From Sminthopsis crassicaudata (lineage: Eukaryota), in contig NC_133620.1 in the NCBI RefSeq assembly GCF_048593235.1, positions 30,072,852 through 30,136,851 of the forward strand: a stretch of 64,000 nucleotides of DNA. The letters are read 5' to 3'. This document shows positions 46,107 to 58,170 of the stretch, piece by piece; position 1 is the first letter of the stretch, and each line of letters starts with the position of its first letter. The translations under genes were made by a program, and so were the position numbers. Below the pieces are notes generated by a model. The model was not told the DNA's origin. It ran no database searches and saw only the letters and a program-made list of their open reading frames with translations.

Positions 46107-46128
46107 ATAAACACCCTGCTAAAAATAA
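46107..46128 (+). promoter_or_regulatory. Adjacent Forkhead and MEF2 motifs
   Basis: ATAAACA at 46107-46113 and CTAAAAATAA (YTAWWWWTAR) at 46119-46128. Confidence 0.4.
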
Positions 46129-49100
46129 ACTCCTCAAATCAAAGGCGTGGGATTGAGGAGACTTCCCAACTGTGGGTGAAGCCCTGTGGTGAGGGAGGGA
46201 GAGGTGGGGCCCAATCTTAGGCAAGAACCCTGGGAAGGACTTCACCTCTGACCCCTGGGCCGGAATCCCAGGGCTAATGGCCTCCCTAGCTCCCTTCTGC
46301 CTGGTGACAGGGAGCCCCACGCTTCTTTGCGGCATCCCTGCTCACCCTGCCCAGTCCATCAATCCAGGCTCTGGTCCTACAGATCATACAGATATCAGCT
46401 CCCTGGCCCACCCACATCCACCATGTCTCTGCCCAACCACAGAGCACTTTAGGCAGTCGCTCCTGGATTGGGGCCCATGTCTGGGAGGGATGCAGACACC
46501 CAAGATGGATGAAGAGTCAGGGACCCAAGGAGAGACTAGCCAGAAGCAGGGACTGTTTTGATCCTGCCTCTGGGCCAGGGCTAGTTTCCATAACTACTCC
46601 CGAACCCTTTTCCCAGTAAGGAGCTGGGGCTTGGGCCCTCCTGGGACTCACTGGCTGGGTCTTTCAGCCCCATCTCTCTCCTCTCTACATTGAGGGTACA
46701 GGAGATGGCAGCTTGAGCAAAGGTTATTAGGTGGGCATTGCGGGCTGAGCAACAACAAAGAGAACAGGGCTGTGTGGGGGGAGCATGGAGTGAGCCAGAA
46801 ACCAAATAGGAACAAAGTTTAAAGTGCCAAGGGGCTGAAAACCTTAACTGCCAGAGAGAAGTGGACACAGCTGGCGACAGCATCAGGCACCTTTTCCTAC
46901 TCAGGACCAGCACATGGAGGCCCACACAGGGGTGGAGCTGGGCAGCTCCTGTTTCCCTCACCAACCAGGACAAGTACCCAGAACAAGCAGAGCCTGTCCA
47001 GGGGACACCAAATCCAAGGCAGGAGCCCCTCCTTGGGAGATTTAAGCCAGGAGAATTGAGGCTCTGGCCACCGGGTGGTGGACGCTTGCACAGGGCCTAG
47101 AAAGGCCTGCCCGTATACCAGCAGCAGCCAAAGCTATGGCCCAGCCCAAGGTCTGGTCCAGGAAGGGAAGTCAGACTTGTACTTATTCATCTCTGACCTT
47201 CGTTAACAAGGAGAGCTGGCAAGGGTCAGCAAGAGCATCCATACCAAGGGCAGAGATCCGCTGGCTGCCCTTTCTATTCCCTAATGGGCACGAGCCTTTT
47301 CAGGGAGATGGGGGAAAGGTCACAGCCTGAAGAGAAGCAGAGTTTTATTCTTGCAGCTAACAGGAACCTCAGAGAAGCTTCTATCCCAACCCAGATTTGT
47401 TCGGGAAGGTCCGCCATAATTCTGTCAGCGGCTCTGCTGGAACCTCTCCAGTGATGGAGAACTCACTACCTCCCAAGGCTGATTAGTACACCAGGGGCCA
47501 GACGAGAGGTCACTGGTTAAGCCCACCAGGACACTGAGGCTTTCCTGGACTTGAGAGAGAGGGAGGGTAGGAGTTCAGATGATGGGGTAAGAGAAAGTCA
47601 AATTTCACAGAGTGGGCAGGAAGCCTAGTTAGTCCACAAGAGTTTATGGGCTAGGGAATGGCCGTGTGCAGAGCCTGGGTCAGGTGAGGGTGACACAAGC
47701 CGAGTGCCAGGTGGGACCCTGTCCCTGGTCCCTGACTCTAGGAGCCCCATCCCCTTTCCCACCATCCCCAGGTCACAGATTTAGTGCCTCTTGCCCTGTC
47801 CTACATCAATGGCCTTGGGGCCCTCCTAGACAAAGGGAGCTCCAAGAGCAGGGAGGAGGCCAGTTTGGCAGGAGCCCAGGGCCTGGCACAGGGTGGGAAA
47901 TGATTGCAAAGGGTGGCTAGTCCAACTGAAGAGGCCTTGACTACCTGACTGTTTCACGCCTCTACCAGGGAGACCTTGGGCGGGGGGACCGAGGATAGGG
48001 CTCCCTGGGGAGGCCCGGTGGCTCCAAAAGCTCTTGGCTCGATGGAATTTTGCCCCGTGGAAGAGCAGGAAGGCTCTGGGAAGGGGGGGGCAGGAATGGC
48101 CTTGGTCATCCCCGGTGTGCCTTAGAACAGGCCACCATCTAGAGGAGATCTGGAGTCATTGCCTGTGGAAGAGAAGGAAGGAAGGAGAGAGAGGAAGAAA
48201 GAAAGAAAAAGGAAAATGGAGAAGGGAGGGAAAGAAAAAACAATAGAAGGGAGAAAGAGAAGGAAGGGAGCAGGGAGGGAAGAAATAGGTTTTGGTTGGG
48301 GGAAATTGGGTCCCTAGGCCTGAGGAGAGGGGCCTTGAATGACTGGAAGAAGGAAGAGCAGGAGGGCCCCTGTTAGAGGGAGGTGGGTCCTGGCATGGGT
48401 TTGGGAGGGGAGGGGAGGCCCTGGCTCCCCTCCTGGGCTGGCATCTGCCCAAACCTCAGCACCCTCAGCACCCTCTCCTTTGGCCCCGCAGGGTGCTTGG
48501 GCTCTGTGCCCAAGGCTGCTGGCACGAAGGGCTGCGGGGCGGGGGCAGGGGCCTGGCTGCCTGGCAGGAGGGGGTGGGCTGGTCCCCTGGGTCGCCTTCC
48601 CAGTCTCTGCTCAGCTGGCCCTCCCTCTGCCCGGGGCCTTTCGTGACTTGTGGAGGAGATGTTTCATCAACAGACTCTTGTTTGGCTCTGAGGGTTGGGA
48701 GGGAGCCAACAAGAGTCTTGCTCGGAAGACTTTTCAGAGGCTATTTCTGTCTGTGTCCATCTCCGGTCAGCCCTGTGATCCTGGGGCTGGGGTCTCCTCC
48801 TAATGGGATCTGTGGAGGCCCGAGAGCCCTCCACCTCCCTCCCACCTGGATCTGTCCCCACCTGGCCTGGCACTTCCTGTCCCCCAGACAACAGGAAATA
48901 AAGAGGGCAGAGAGCAAACTCACGAATCTGCTCTGAGAAGGGGACACTAGGGGCCAGAAAAGCACAGACTCCCAGGCTGGCGTGGTCGAGCAGGTGCCAG
49001 AACGCTTCCGACATCCCAAACCTTCCAGCTCCTGCTCGCAGAGCTCCGGCCAGCCTGGTCCATCTGCAGACTGCTACCATAGTGACAATGCTGTTGGCAC

Positions 49101-49439
49101 CCAGCCCCCACTCGCCCCTTGCCACCCCCCCAAAGGGCTCCCTCCCACACGGCTCCGAGCTGCACCCTCTAAATCCTCTCCCTAAGATAAGGCTTCCAAT
49201 ACTTGAGGACAACAACAATTTCTCAATAACCAGATAAGATAGTCTCGTGGTAACGAGCTAAGCCACAAGCCTTCCCCTTGCCTTCTCCCCAGCCTTCTCT
49301 CCTGGCTGAATGTTCAGCCCCCTGAGCCCGTCCTCAGCGGCCCTGACCAGCTGTGTCGCTCCCCTCGGCCACTCTCCAGGCTATGGAGATGCTGGGTCTG
49401 AGTTACTGTCCTCCCTCACCGGTGCTCCTGAGGATCCAG

Positions 49440-49800
49440 TCAGACAACAAGCATTTATTGAACACTGACTGTGTGCCAAGTACCACATCAAGTGCAAAGA
49501 AAGGCAAAAGATCCCTGTTCTTTAATGGAGGAGAAATGAAAATAACAATTTCAAACAGGAAATATACAGAGTAGGCGGAAGGTAGACTTAGAGAAGAAGG
49601 CAGTTGGGGAGACCAGGAATGGCCTCCTCCTTCAGGTGAGCTGTGAGCTGGGTCTTAGAGGCCAGGAGGCCAAGGGGGGGGAGGGGGAGCATTCCAGACA
49701 TCTGGGACTCCAGTGACAAGGCATGGAGGGCTCCGTGTGAGGAAGGGCAAGCAGGCCTCCGGACCAGAGACAGGGGAGGGGGAAGAAGATGGGGACCCAG
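49440..49800 (-). mobile_element. L2 3' tail
   Basis: aacaagcatttattgaacactgactgtgtgccaag...gagaagaaggcagttggggaga. Confidence 0.65.
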
Positions 49801-50061
49801 AGGTTTGGTGCTTGGCCCTGGAGCCAAGGCCACTGGAGGCCTCCCCACAGGCCGCATCACTGTATAGACACCCCTAGGTGGCTCGTGTGCCAGCTGGCAC
49901 GATGTGGGCATGTCTGGTCCCTGCCCTCAAGGAGCTCACGGGCTGATGGGGGAAGACAGGATGGAAGCAGCTCAGACACCGGTGGCAGGGGTCTGATGTG
50001 GGCTGGCACAGGAGGGAGTTTCTGTAAGAGCCCAAGACCTTCAGCAGAGGAGCCTGCAGAG

Positions 50062-50310
50062 CCAGGACTCAGGGAAGTCTGGTGGGACCAGGACCCAGGA
50101 CCCTGGACCCAGGACCCAGGGAGGCCTGGGGAGGCCCTGGGGGACCCAGCAGGACCAGGACCCAGGACCCAGGGAGGCCCGGTGGGACCGGGACCCAGGA
50201 CCCAGGACCCAGGACCCAGGGAGGCCTGGGGAGGCCCTGGGGGGCCCAGCAGGACCAGGACGCAGGGAGGCCCAGCGGGACCAGGACCCAGGGAGGCCTG
50301 GGGAGGCCCG
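50062..50310. repeat. Higher-order GC-rich minisatellite: AGGACCC 7-mers inside a ~100-bp unit
   Basis: Units at 50081-50180 (100 bp), 50181-50273 (93 bp, one 7-mer fewer) and a partial unit at 50274-50310. Confidence 0.9.
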
Positions 50311-50581
50311 GCTCCGGAGAGGATGGAGAGGGCGGGGCGGGGAGCAGAGGGCGGAGCCGGGGATGACACAGCAAGGTTAGGAGCCGGTGAATGGGAAGCT
50401 GGGGGAGCCCAGCCAGCAGCCCGGGCCTCAGGAACAATGAGCTGGGGGCGGGGAGGGGACGGTGCAGGGTGAGTCACGTTTGTTCAAGCTGGGCCTGGGC
50501 CGCCCAGGGGGCGCTAGGTGGCGAAGCCGGGCGGGCAAGGAAGGCCATGAGCAGCTCCAGATCCAGGGCCCGGCGGGGCCG

Positions 50582-50601
50582 GGAAGTTTCTGGAAACTTC
50601 A
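50582..50601. promoter_or_regulatory. Perfect four-unit heat-shock element
   Basis: gGAAg-tTTCt-gGAAa-cTTCa, four contiguous alternating nGAAn pentamers. Confidence 0.65.
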
Positions 50602-51834
50602 GCCAGACCACCGGCTCTCCTTCCCCCTCCCCCTTCAGGGAGTAACTTTAATTCCTTAAAGACTAGGAGGTGGAAGTGCAAAGAAGGGAACAAAGCGGCC
50701 CTGACCAGAAGGAGTACACAGGAACAAGGGGGGGAGGGGGAGCCCGGGGGCACGTGGGCAGCCTCGCAGCCTCCAGCACCGCGGCGGCAGCTGCTGGGAA
50801 TCAGCCTTGCGGAGGCTTCCCGCCCACGAGGGCCTGGCGCTCCCTGATCCGAGCAGGGGCCAGTCCGGCTGAGCTGCGGCTGCTCTGGGAACGTCCCTAA
50901 ACTCAGACTGACCTTTAAAGGAGCTCCTGGACCCCCCCTGTAAAAGACAGGGCGCAGGGCTAGGGCGCCAGGCTCGGGGAGGCAGCAGAGCACGCAGGCC
51001 GCGGTTACCCACGAGGATCCGGCTCCTTCTCCACTGCTAAGGGCGCCTCCCGCTCCGGTCCGAGGCTGCCGAGGCTGCCCGGCTCCCGGGAGGAGGGCTG
51101 TCCCTGGGGCTGCATGGAGCCCGGCGTCTGGCCCGCGTGCGCCTGGGCAGCGGCCGGCTCCCAGCCCGCACAAACGGGCCCTGACAATCCCAGGACCCCT
51201 TCAAAGCCCCCCCTGGCACCGCCTTCTACACGAAGTCACCCTTATCCTGGAGCCCCCCCCCCACAACAAACGCTCAGTTACTCGGGGCAAGGTGGGGGGG
51301 CGGGGGTCACTCAGAGGTACTGGGGCCCTTCTGACAGACTCTGCGGATTGAAAGGGAGTGGGGAGAGCCCGGGACTCCAGCGCCTGGGGGGGGGGGGCTG
51401 CTCTCAGTCACCGGCCACCCCCGGCCACCCCCTGCCTGGGCCTGGGCGCCTTCCCGCCCACATCAAGGCCAGCGGGAGACATCCCGAGCGGCTCTCCCGA
51501 GCAAATGCAGATGGTGCCCGGAGGCTGCGGCGGAACACGGGGCTCACTGGGGAACGGTGGGGGCTTGGACAAGTCTGGGGGGTGGGCTTCGGGCCCCTCC
51601 AGTGCCGCCCACATCTGGCTGCCCGAGCCCCAGGTGGTGGTGGGCAAAATGAGCCAGGAGCCCGGCCCCGCTCAGCCAAGCAGCCCTGACTGAGAAGCTC
51701 CTGAGGGCAGGAGAGGAAAACTTCAGGTGGGCGCCCGGAAAAGCACCTGAACCAAGCCCGAAAATGCAGGAATGGCAGCTCCCCCACCCCACCCCCAGGG
51801 ATGGAATGGCCTAACTCGGGGCTGGGAGGAGTGA

Positions 51835-52140
51835 GTATACAGTTGTGATACATTATTGGTAGAACTGAATGAGTCCAGTCACTCGGGAGAGCCATATGGG
51901 ATTACAACGTTCACATGTTTTGACTGAAAGGTTCCACTCCTGGGCATTTACTCTTCACTGGCCAAGACAAAGAAAGGTCCCATAGACACCCACAGATTCA
52001 CAGCAAAGAACTGGGAACAAAGTGGATGTCCTGGTGACACCTGGGACTGAGGAAACAAACCTGGGAGGGGGTTCCGGAGAATACTCAGCTACAGATAAAT
52101 ACGAAGAAGTCTGAGAAAATACTATGAAGGGATGACTAAG
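51835..52140 (+). mobile_element. Old L1 ORF2 3' fragment
   Basis: ttccactcctgggcatttactc...aaagaaaggtccc. Confidence 0.5.
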
Positions 52141-52329
52141 GAGCAGCAAGAACACAAAGCTGAAGCCAGTGACCAGCCTTGGCCCAGGAGGAGAAGGGGA
52201 GGCTGCAGGGCATGGCGGACCAGTTGGTTGGGTGTGATAAGCTACTTAAGTCTTTGTCAGAAGGGAAGGCTGGCCGGGGAGGATGGAGGCCCTCAGGGTG
52301 GCCCTGGACAGCTGTGCCCACTGTGACAT

Positions 52330-52640
52330 CTGATGGCCCTCTTCTCCTTCACTTCCCACCTACCTGGGCTAAGAGGGAGGATCTCTGCCTCAGCTATCTG
52401 CCATGTCAGCCCATCCTCCAGGCATCTCCCTCCTAACCCTTCTGCCAGCTCACACACACATACACACACAGTCCCCTTCCCCAATAAATTCCAGTGACTC
52501 CCTGTCACTTCCAGCATTAAATATCCACTCCTATTTTGGGCTTCCGAACCCCTTTTGGCTCCTTCCCAGACTTCCCACTTTTCACACTCTGCACTCTGGG
52601 AAGCAGAGGCCCGGCCTCGTAATGCTTCCTCAGGCCCACC
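52330..52640 (+). mobile_element. L2 relic
   Basis: aaattccagtgactccctgtcacttccagcattaaatatccactcc. Confidence 0.55.
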
Positions 52641-52699
52641 ATTCTGCCATCTCTGTGTGGTGGTGCTGGTCCTGCCTCCCTGGGGAGGTAACAAAAGCA

Positions 52700-52945
52700 C
52701 CTACTGCTGCAGCTATTTTTTCTTGCTTTTTTCTTTCTCGAGCTTTCCCCCTTCTATTCTTTCACATGACTAATGTGGAAATATGTTTAATATGATTGTA
52801 CATGTAGAGCTTAGATTAGATGACTTGTTTTCTTGGAGAGAAAGGAGGGAGAAAAAAATGGAACTCAATCGTATAAAAGTGAATGCTGAAAATTATCTTT
52901 ATATGTAATTGGAAAAAATAAAATACTCTTCACTGGAAAATAATC
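52700..52945 (+). mobile_element. L1 3' UTR
   Basis: ttctttcacatgactaatgtggaaatatgttt...aattggaaaaaataaaatac. Confidence 0.75.
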
Positions 52946-53019
52946 ACCAACCAAAAAAGCAACTGCAAATCACAGGCCCGTGAGCCTGACTTTGATTCCT
53001 GGCCAATTCTAGACCTGAG

Positions 53020-53200
53020 GCCTTTAAGCTGGGGCCCATGGGAACCTGCAAACTTGAATGGGGAAAAAGTCCAACATAGACAACATGCCCTGCAAGATAT
53101 TCAGTGTGAATGGAAGGACTCTAACTGAAATTTAGTGTTTCCTTCCATTTTTAAACACTTAATTGTGTGATAAGGGTCCACTTTATCTGTTTTCCTGCCC
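53020..53200 (+). mobile_element. hAT/Charlie-type MITE relic
   Basis: aacttgaatggggaaaaa...ctctaactgaaatttagtgtttccttc...gataagggtcca resembles recalled MER-type Charlie elements. Confidence 0.4.
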
Positions 53201-53404
53201 AAGAAGTCCAGGACACAAAGAAAGTAAAGAATATCTGTTCTAGACTTGATTGTGGCAAGCACCGCCAAGGGCTTTTGCTTCCAGTCCACCTCAAGTCCCT
53301 GGGGGCAGCTGCACACAGGGCTGATTGAAGAGCCGCAAAGTCTTATGTCTTTCAGTAAGCCAAAGTCATATCTGCTGGCCAGAGGTCAGAGGGTCATCAT
53401 CAGA

Positions 53405-54150
53405 CATGACTTCATTTAGAAAAAGAGCTCAAAAAAAGGGGAAAAGACTTATTTGTACAAAAATATTTATAGCTGCTCTTTTTTTGTTGTGGCAAAGAAT
53501 TGGAAATGGAGAGGATGCCCATCCATTGGAGAATGGCTGAACAAGTTAGGGTATATTGTTGTAATGGAATACTAGAGCGATGGTTTCAGAAAAACCCCAA
53601 GAAGAGCTGTATAAACTGATGCAGAGTAAAGTAAGCAGAACAATATTGTACAAAGTATCAGCAATAATGGAAGGATGATCCTCTGTGAAAGACAGCCACT
53701 CTCCTCAAGATGATGATCCAGACACACGATTTGCTGAAAAATTATCCATGCATATGTTTTGAAAAAAACCCTTTAATTAAAAAAAGATGATCCAAGACAA
53801 TTCCAAAGGATCCAAGACAGCAAAAAAATATTACCCACCTCCAGAGAGAGAACTGATAACGAATTCTGAGTACAAAACTGAAGCATATATTTAAATTTTT
53901 TTCTTTGTTTCTTGTCTTTGTGTGGGTGTTTTATTTTGCAACATGGCTAATAAGGAAATATGTTTTGCATGATTTTACATGTACAATCTATATCAAATTG
54001 CTTGCCTTCTTAATTGGTGGGAAAGAGGCAGGAGGAAGGAAAACAATTCGGAACTCAAAATGTTAAAAAATGAATGTTAAAAATTTTCATATGTAATTGG
54101 GAAATATTTAATGAAACAAATGAAAGTATATTACATTTTTTAAAAAAGAG
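53405..54150 (+). mobile_element. L1 ORF2 end and 3' UTR
   Basis: gaaaagacttatttgtacaaaaatatttatagctgctc...ggaactcaaaatgttaaaaaatgaatg. Confidence 0.8.
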
Positions 54151-54329
54151 AGCCCAAGGACAACTCAGGATTCTGGATCTAGAGCTGGGAGGGGCCTCTA
54201 AGCTAGCCAGGACAACCCTTAATTCAGGTCAGCCAGCAGAGATGTCTACATCAAAAGAAAGTTTTGCCCCTAGTTCTCTCTCCAGTGTCCTGCTTCCTCC
54301 CATACTGGCTTCAGACAAGAAGAGGGAGG

Positions 54330-54690
54330 GCAGCAGTGAATCACAGCCCTGGCCAAGCACTCTGGGAAGGGCTGGTTGTCTCCTTTGCTGCCTCCCTAGT
54401 TGTTCCTCACATGTGGCCTTCTATCTCCCATCTCTGAACTCTGTACTCTCTAGGCCCCATGCTGGAGTACTCTCTCCAAGTCTTGGACCAATCTCTTCCT
54501 CTTTCTCTATGAGGCCTTTCCCTCTGCAATCCTTCCATTCACACTATCCATCTCTGCACAGTTATTGGCTTGTGTTAGCCTGGGAGCTCCTTGAGGGCAA
54601 AGACTGAGGTTCTGCCTTTCTTTGTATCCTTAGCACTTAGCACATGGTCTGGTACACAATAGGCACTTAATAAATGCCTGAGTGGCCTAG
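54330..54690 (+). mobile_element. L2 3' tail
   Basis: gagctccttgagggcaaagactg...cttagcacttagcacatggtctggtacacaataggcacttaataaatg. Confidence 0.7.
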
Positions 54691-54879
54691 ATTTTAGCAG
54701 TGTATTTAACTAGATCTCTCATGTTACTCTTATTTTATAGATAGAGAGATGTGTGCTAGACATAGTAGAGCTCAGTGGATGTGGGCCTGCTGAGGTGGCT
54801 GGACCGAAAGAGACATTGTAATGGTCCCAATCAACTTATAATACAGCTTCTTCTTTGGGGGGGGGGGGGGTTTCCTCTG

Positions 54880-55400
54880 GAATTTTAAGCAAAGGCACAG
54901 ATTCAATGTGCTAATTAAAATCTCTCTAAGAGAGACAGTTACCATACTGACTAGTAGGGCTGGGATCCCAAAGGATCTTTCTCAAGGACAGAAATTTTGG
55001 TTGAATAAAATTAGATGACAGTAGGAATAAATGTAAAATCTTAACCTTGGGTCCAAAAAATCAACTGTACAAAAGCAAGCATGGGATGGAATGGGGAGGG
55101 AATATGATGACTAGGCAGTTATTTGTCTCCAAAAGACCTGAGAGTTTTTAGTGCATTGAAAACTTAATATGAATCACAGCACAACAAAAACCAAGGTTAT
55201 CTTGGGCATCTGTGTAAGGGGAGGCAGAGCTCCCAGGGCCAAAGAAAGGACCCTGCTTGGGGCACAGGGTTCAGTTCTAGGTACGAAACACTGACTAATG
55301 AAAGGACATCAAGGATGACAACCCAGACAGGGAAGTTCTGGAGCTCATGCCACAGGACAAAGAATTGACCAGCCTGGAGATGTTGAGGCTCTTGGTAGCC
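54880..55400 (+). mobile_element. L3/CR1 3' relic
   Basis: ggaataaatgtaaaatcttaaccttgggtccaaaaaatcaactgtacaa; aaagacctgagagtttttagtgcattgaaaacttaatatgaatca. Confidence 0.65.
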
Positions 55401-55569
55401 TTCTCCACAGTTGACTTCCTTCTCCATTCTAGATTTTCTTGACCCTGCTCTTCCTTGTTCTTCTGCAACCTCCTTGGCTGCTCTGCCTCGGTCTCTTTTT
55501 GTGCCTTTTCCTCCAGCCCCTATCCCCTTTACAAAGGGATGTCCTGTGCTACCTACACACATATACACT

Positions 55570-55950
55570 CAGTTGATTTCATCCACTCCAGATAGAATCG
55601 TGTCAATACAAATAATTTAAATCTACATAACCACTCATCCTTTCGTTTCTGGATTCAGTCTTTCCCCCTCTAGGCATCCCCACCCTGTTCCTAATTTCCT
55701 TTATCTGTGGAAGCTGGTCCCATTGTTCCACTTACCCAGATTCACAACCTCAGAGCCATCTTTGGCTCTTTACGCTCACCAGATATCCAGTCTGTTGGCA
55801 CTAATCATTTTTAACTTCTGAACATCTCTAGCATCTGTCCCTTTCTCTACTCACCAGGCCACCAGCCTAAGTCAAGCCCTCAATCCCACTTGCCCCGACT
55901 ATTGCAGCAGTTTCTTCACTGGCTTCCCCATCCAGTCTGTCCTTTTTTGT
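55570..55950 (+). mobile_element. L2 relic
   Basis: cacaacctcagagccatctttggctctttacgctcacc...atccagtctgttggca. Confidence 0.6.
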
Positions 55951-56109
55951 AAATTAATTTTTTCTTTTAATCTAGATCAATATTACAACCTTGATGTGTC
56001 TAACAGAACAGCAAACTTAATCAACCACCTACTGTGGACAATCACTATCCAATGTATAGTATAAATGTCCTTAAGTGTGATTTCAAAAGAAGAGATGTAA
56101 AGCTTAAAA

Positions 56110-56300
56110 AATATTTTTACATGGAAATCACTTATTTCTAAAGATGCTAAAATGTTTGCATACTGGGGGAGGGGGAGGGGGAAGAAGGGGAAAAGTTGAA
56201 ACAAAAGGTTTTGCAATTGTCAATGCTGAAAAATTACCTATGCATAAAATATTTGTAAAAATAAGTAAATAAGAAAATAAATAAAAAAAAATAAAATGTG
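56110..56300 (+). mobile_element. L1 3' UTR tip
   Basis: ggggaaaagttgaaacaaaaggttttgcaattgtcaatgctgaaaaattacctatgcat followed by an A-rich tail. Confidence 0.7.
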
Positions 56301-56829
56301 TGCCTACCAATTTAAGTACAAAGCATTTTAAACCTCAACAACCTTTTAAGTTTTCCAAATCATTTGCCAACTGCTTTCCCTATGGCACTGCTTTTCCCTA
56401 TGGGTACAGCACCCCACCCGCCTTGCTACAGAACCCTCTGAATCTCCAGTAATTAGGCCCAAGAGCCTTGGACTGCTCAGCTTCAAACTCCTACCAAGGA
56501 GCCAATCTTATGAGTACATGGTTAGCACTGACTCACATGGCTCTCTATATCTAACAATGGTTCACAATCCACCCAGCTACCTTCTTCCCATCTGCCCAGT
56601 GGCAGCATGTATCCCTTCTACCCATTCCCACTCTTCCTAGAGGAAGACTCCTCTAGTACTCCTCCTTGAAATCTGTTATTACTTCCACCCTCACCTGGCT
56701 CATCCCCAAGCAAGGTGGTTATCCTTCTATTCCTTTCTACTCGATTTACCTTTAGCGAAAAAAAAAATTTCCCAATTAACAAGCATTTATTTTCTAACCT
56801 TCCTGCCTTATCATCCCAACTAAAAAATC

Positions 56830-57740
56830 AATAAAAATAGATGCGAAGATGGTGGAAAAGCATGAAGAAATAAACCACCTCCCCTCCCCTCCCCAGTACA
56901 AGTCATTCAAAAAGATCTAGAAAATGCAGGAGCCTGAATCCTGATTAGGAAATATAAGAAAAAGCAACTGAATGATTTTCAGTCCAGGTTGACACAAGGA
57001 AGCATAGGGGGTTTGGCCACAATCACGTTGGGTAGAACGTTCTAAGACAGAGAACAGAGAAAGAAAAGCCTCAGAGCAGAGAAGGGCCTCTGCTTGTGCA
57101 GGAACTGCTCACTGGAAACTTTGTACTTCCCTTCCCTTCCCAGTTCCAGGTCCCATATCCAGGGATGACTGAGGAGGGTAGTTGTCCTTAGGGGTGGTAT
57201 GACAAGGAAAGGAGTGGTGAAGGGCTCTAAGCTATACACTGAGAGGAGCAAACTCAAAAGCAAATAGCAACTGTGCACTTCCAGCCTCAGGAGCAGAATC
57301 CACAGAACTAGGGCAGGAAGCCCAGATCCAAGGGCAGCCAATAGTTCTGTACCTCTGGTTGCAGAGCTTCCTAACTGCCTGACTAATAGGGGCTGAGTTC
57401 AGAAATAAGTCTACTGGAAGTCTAAAAGGGGCAAGCCCACCAGCCTGCTACTCTGGCACAAACTCAAGCCAAGCACAGCCATCATGCTTTGCCCTATATC
57501 TGATCACTCTGAGAGGTAATAGTCTTTAGCCCGAACTGTTCCTGAAGTCCTAGAATAACATAATACTCAATTCCCATATGAAAGCAGCAGCAGCAGCAGC
57601 AGTCTAGACCTACCCCCCAGAAGTATGGCAGAGCCACTTCAAGTCTAAAGTCAAAAGTGGGCTAGAAGAATGAGAAAATAAAGAATCCCATCATATAAAG
57701 TTATTATGGTGAAAAGGATGCTCAAGACAGAACCCAGAAG
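56830..57740 (+). mobile_element. L1 5' UTR and ORF1-start relic
   Basis: gaagatggtggaaaag start; gacctaccccccagaagtatggcagagcc...aagtcaaaagt. Confidence 0.5.
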
Positions 57741-57799
57741 AAAAGAATGGGTGTTCATGGGTTTGTCTGGGTCTCCACGAGACTTCTCTCCTTGTTCTC

Positions 57800-58170
57800 C
57801 TCATACCTGTCCCATCCTTTCTTCTGGCTTCTTTACTGGTTCTTCACCCAAACATTTTAGCCCAATTAACCTAACAAGATTCCTTACTGGTCTTTGCATA
57901 CAACCCTACTCCCATGTCCGAGGTTTTGCACCAGCCATCCTCCACACTTGGAATACTCCTCTTCAGTGAAGACCTTCTACAAAAAGGCTTCCTGGTCGCC
58001 CCCTCTCTCTTTCTTCTAAGCTACTCCCTCTCTTCCTGTGCTGTACATATAAATACACCTTCTCTCCCTGTTGGCCTTGTTCTCAGGCTCCTTGAGCACA
58101 GGGCCTGCTTTGTTTCTGCCCATGAATCTCCATCTCCGAGTACATCCCAATCATTTAAAAATGTCTCGTT
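57800..58170 (+). mobile_element. L2 3' relic
   Basis: ccagccatcctccacacttggaatactcctcttc...ctccttgagcacagggcctgctttg. Confidence 0.55.

Noticed and set aside
48667-49218. 183-aa minus-strand ORF, initially considered a missing upstream ST3GAL3 exon
   Set aside because: No similarity to LPAELATKYANFSEGACKPGYASALMTAIFPR or other N-terminal exons.
50081-50310. Regularly spaced repeats considered as a CRISPR-like array
   Set aside because: No unique spacers, a eukaryotic context and no cas genes; it is a tandem minisatellite.
49789-50477. 227-aa and 206-aa ORFs with GP/DPG repeats resembling collagen
   Set aside because: Translation of the AGGACCC minisatellite; there is no Gly-X-Y periodicity.
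50498-50516. CTCF-like GGCCGCCCAGGGGGCGCTA
   Set aside because: 15/19 match but it misses the nearly invariant C at motif position 5; mentioned only as context for the HSE.
56370-56403. 17-bp tandem duplication, with similar small duplications at 2401, 23070, 44648 and 48457
   Set aside because: Ordinary replication slippage; no further structure.
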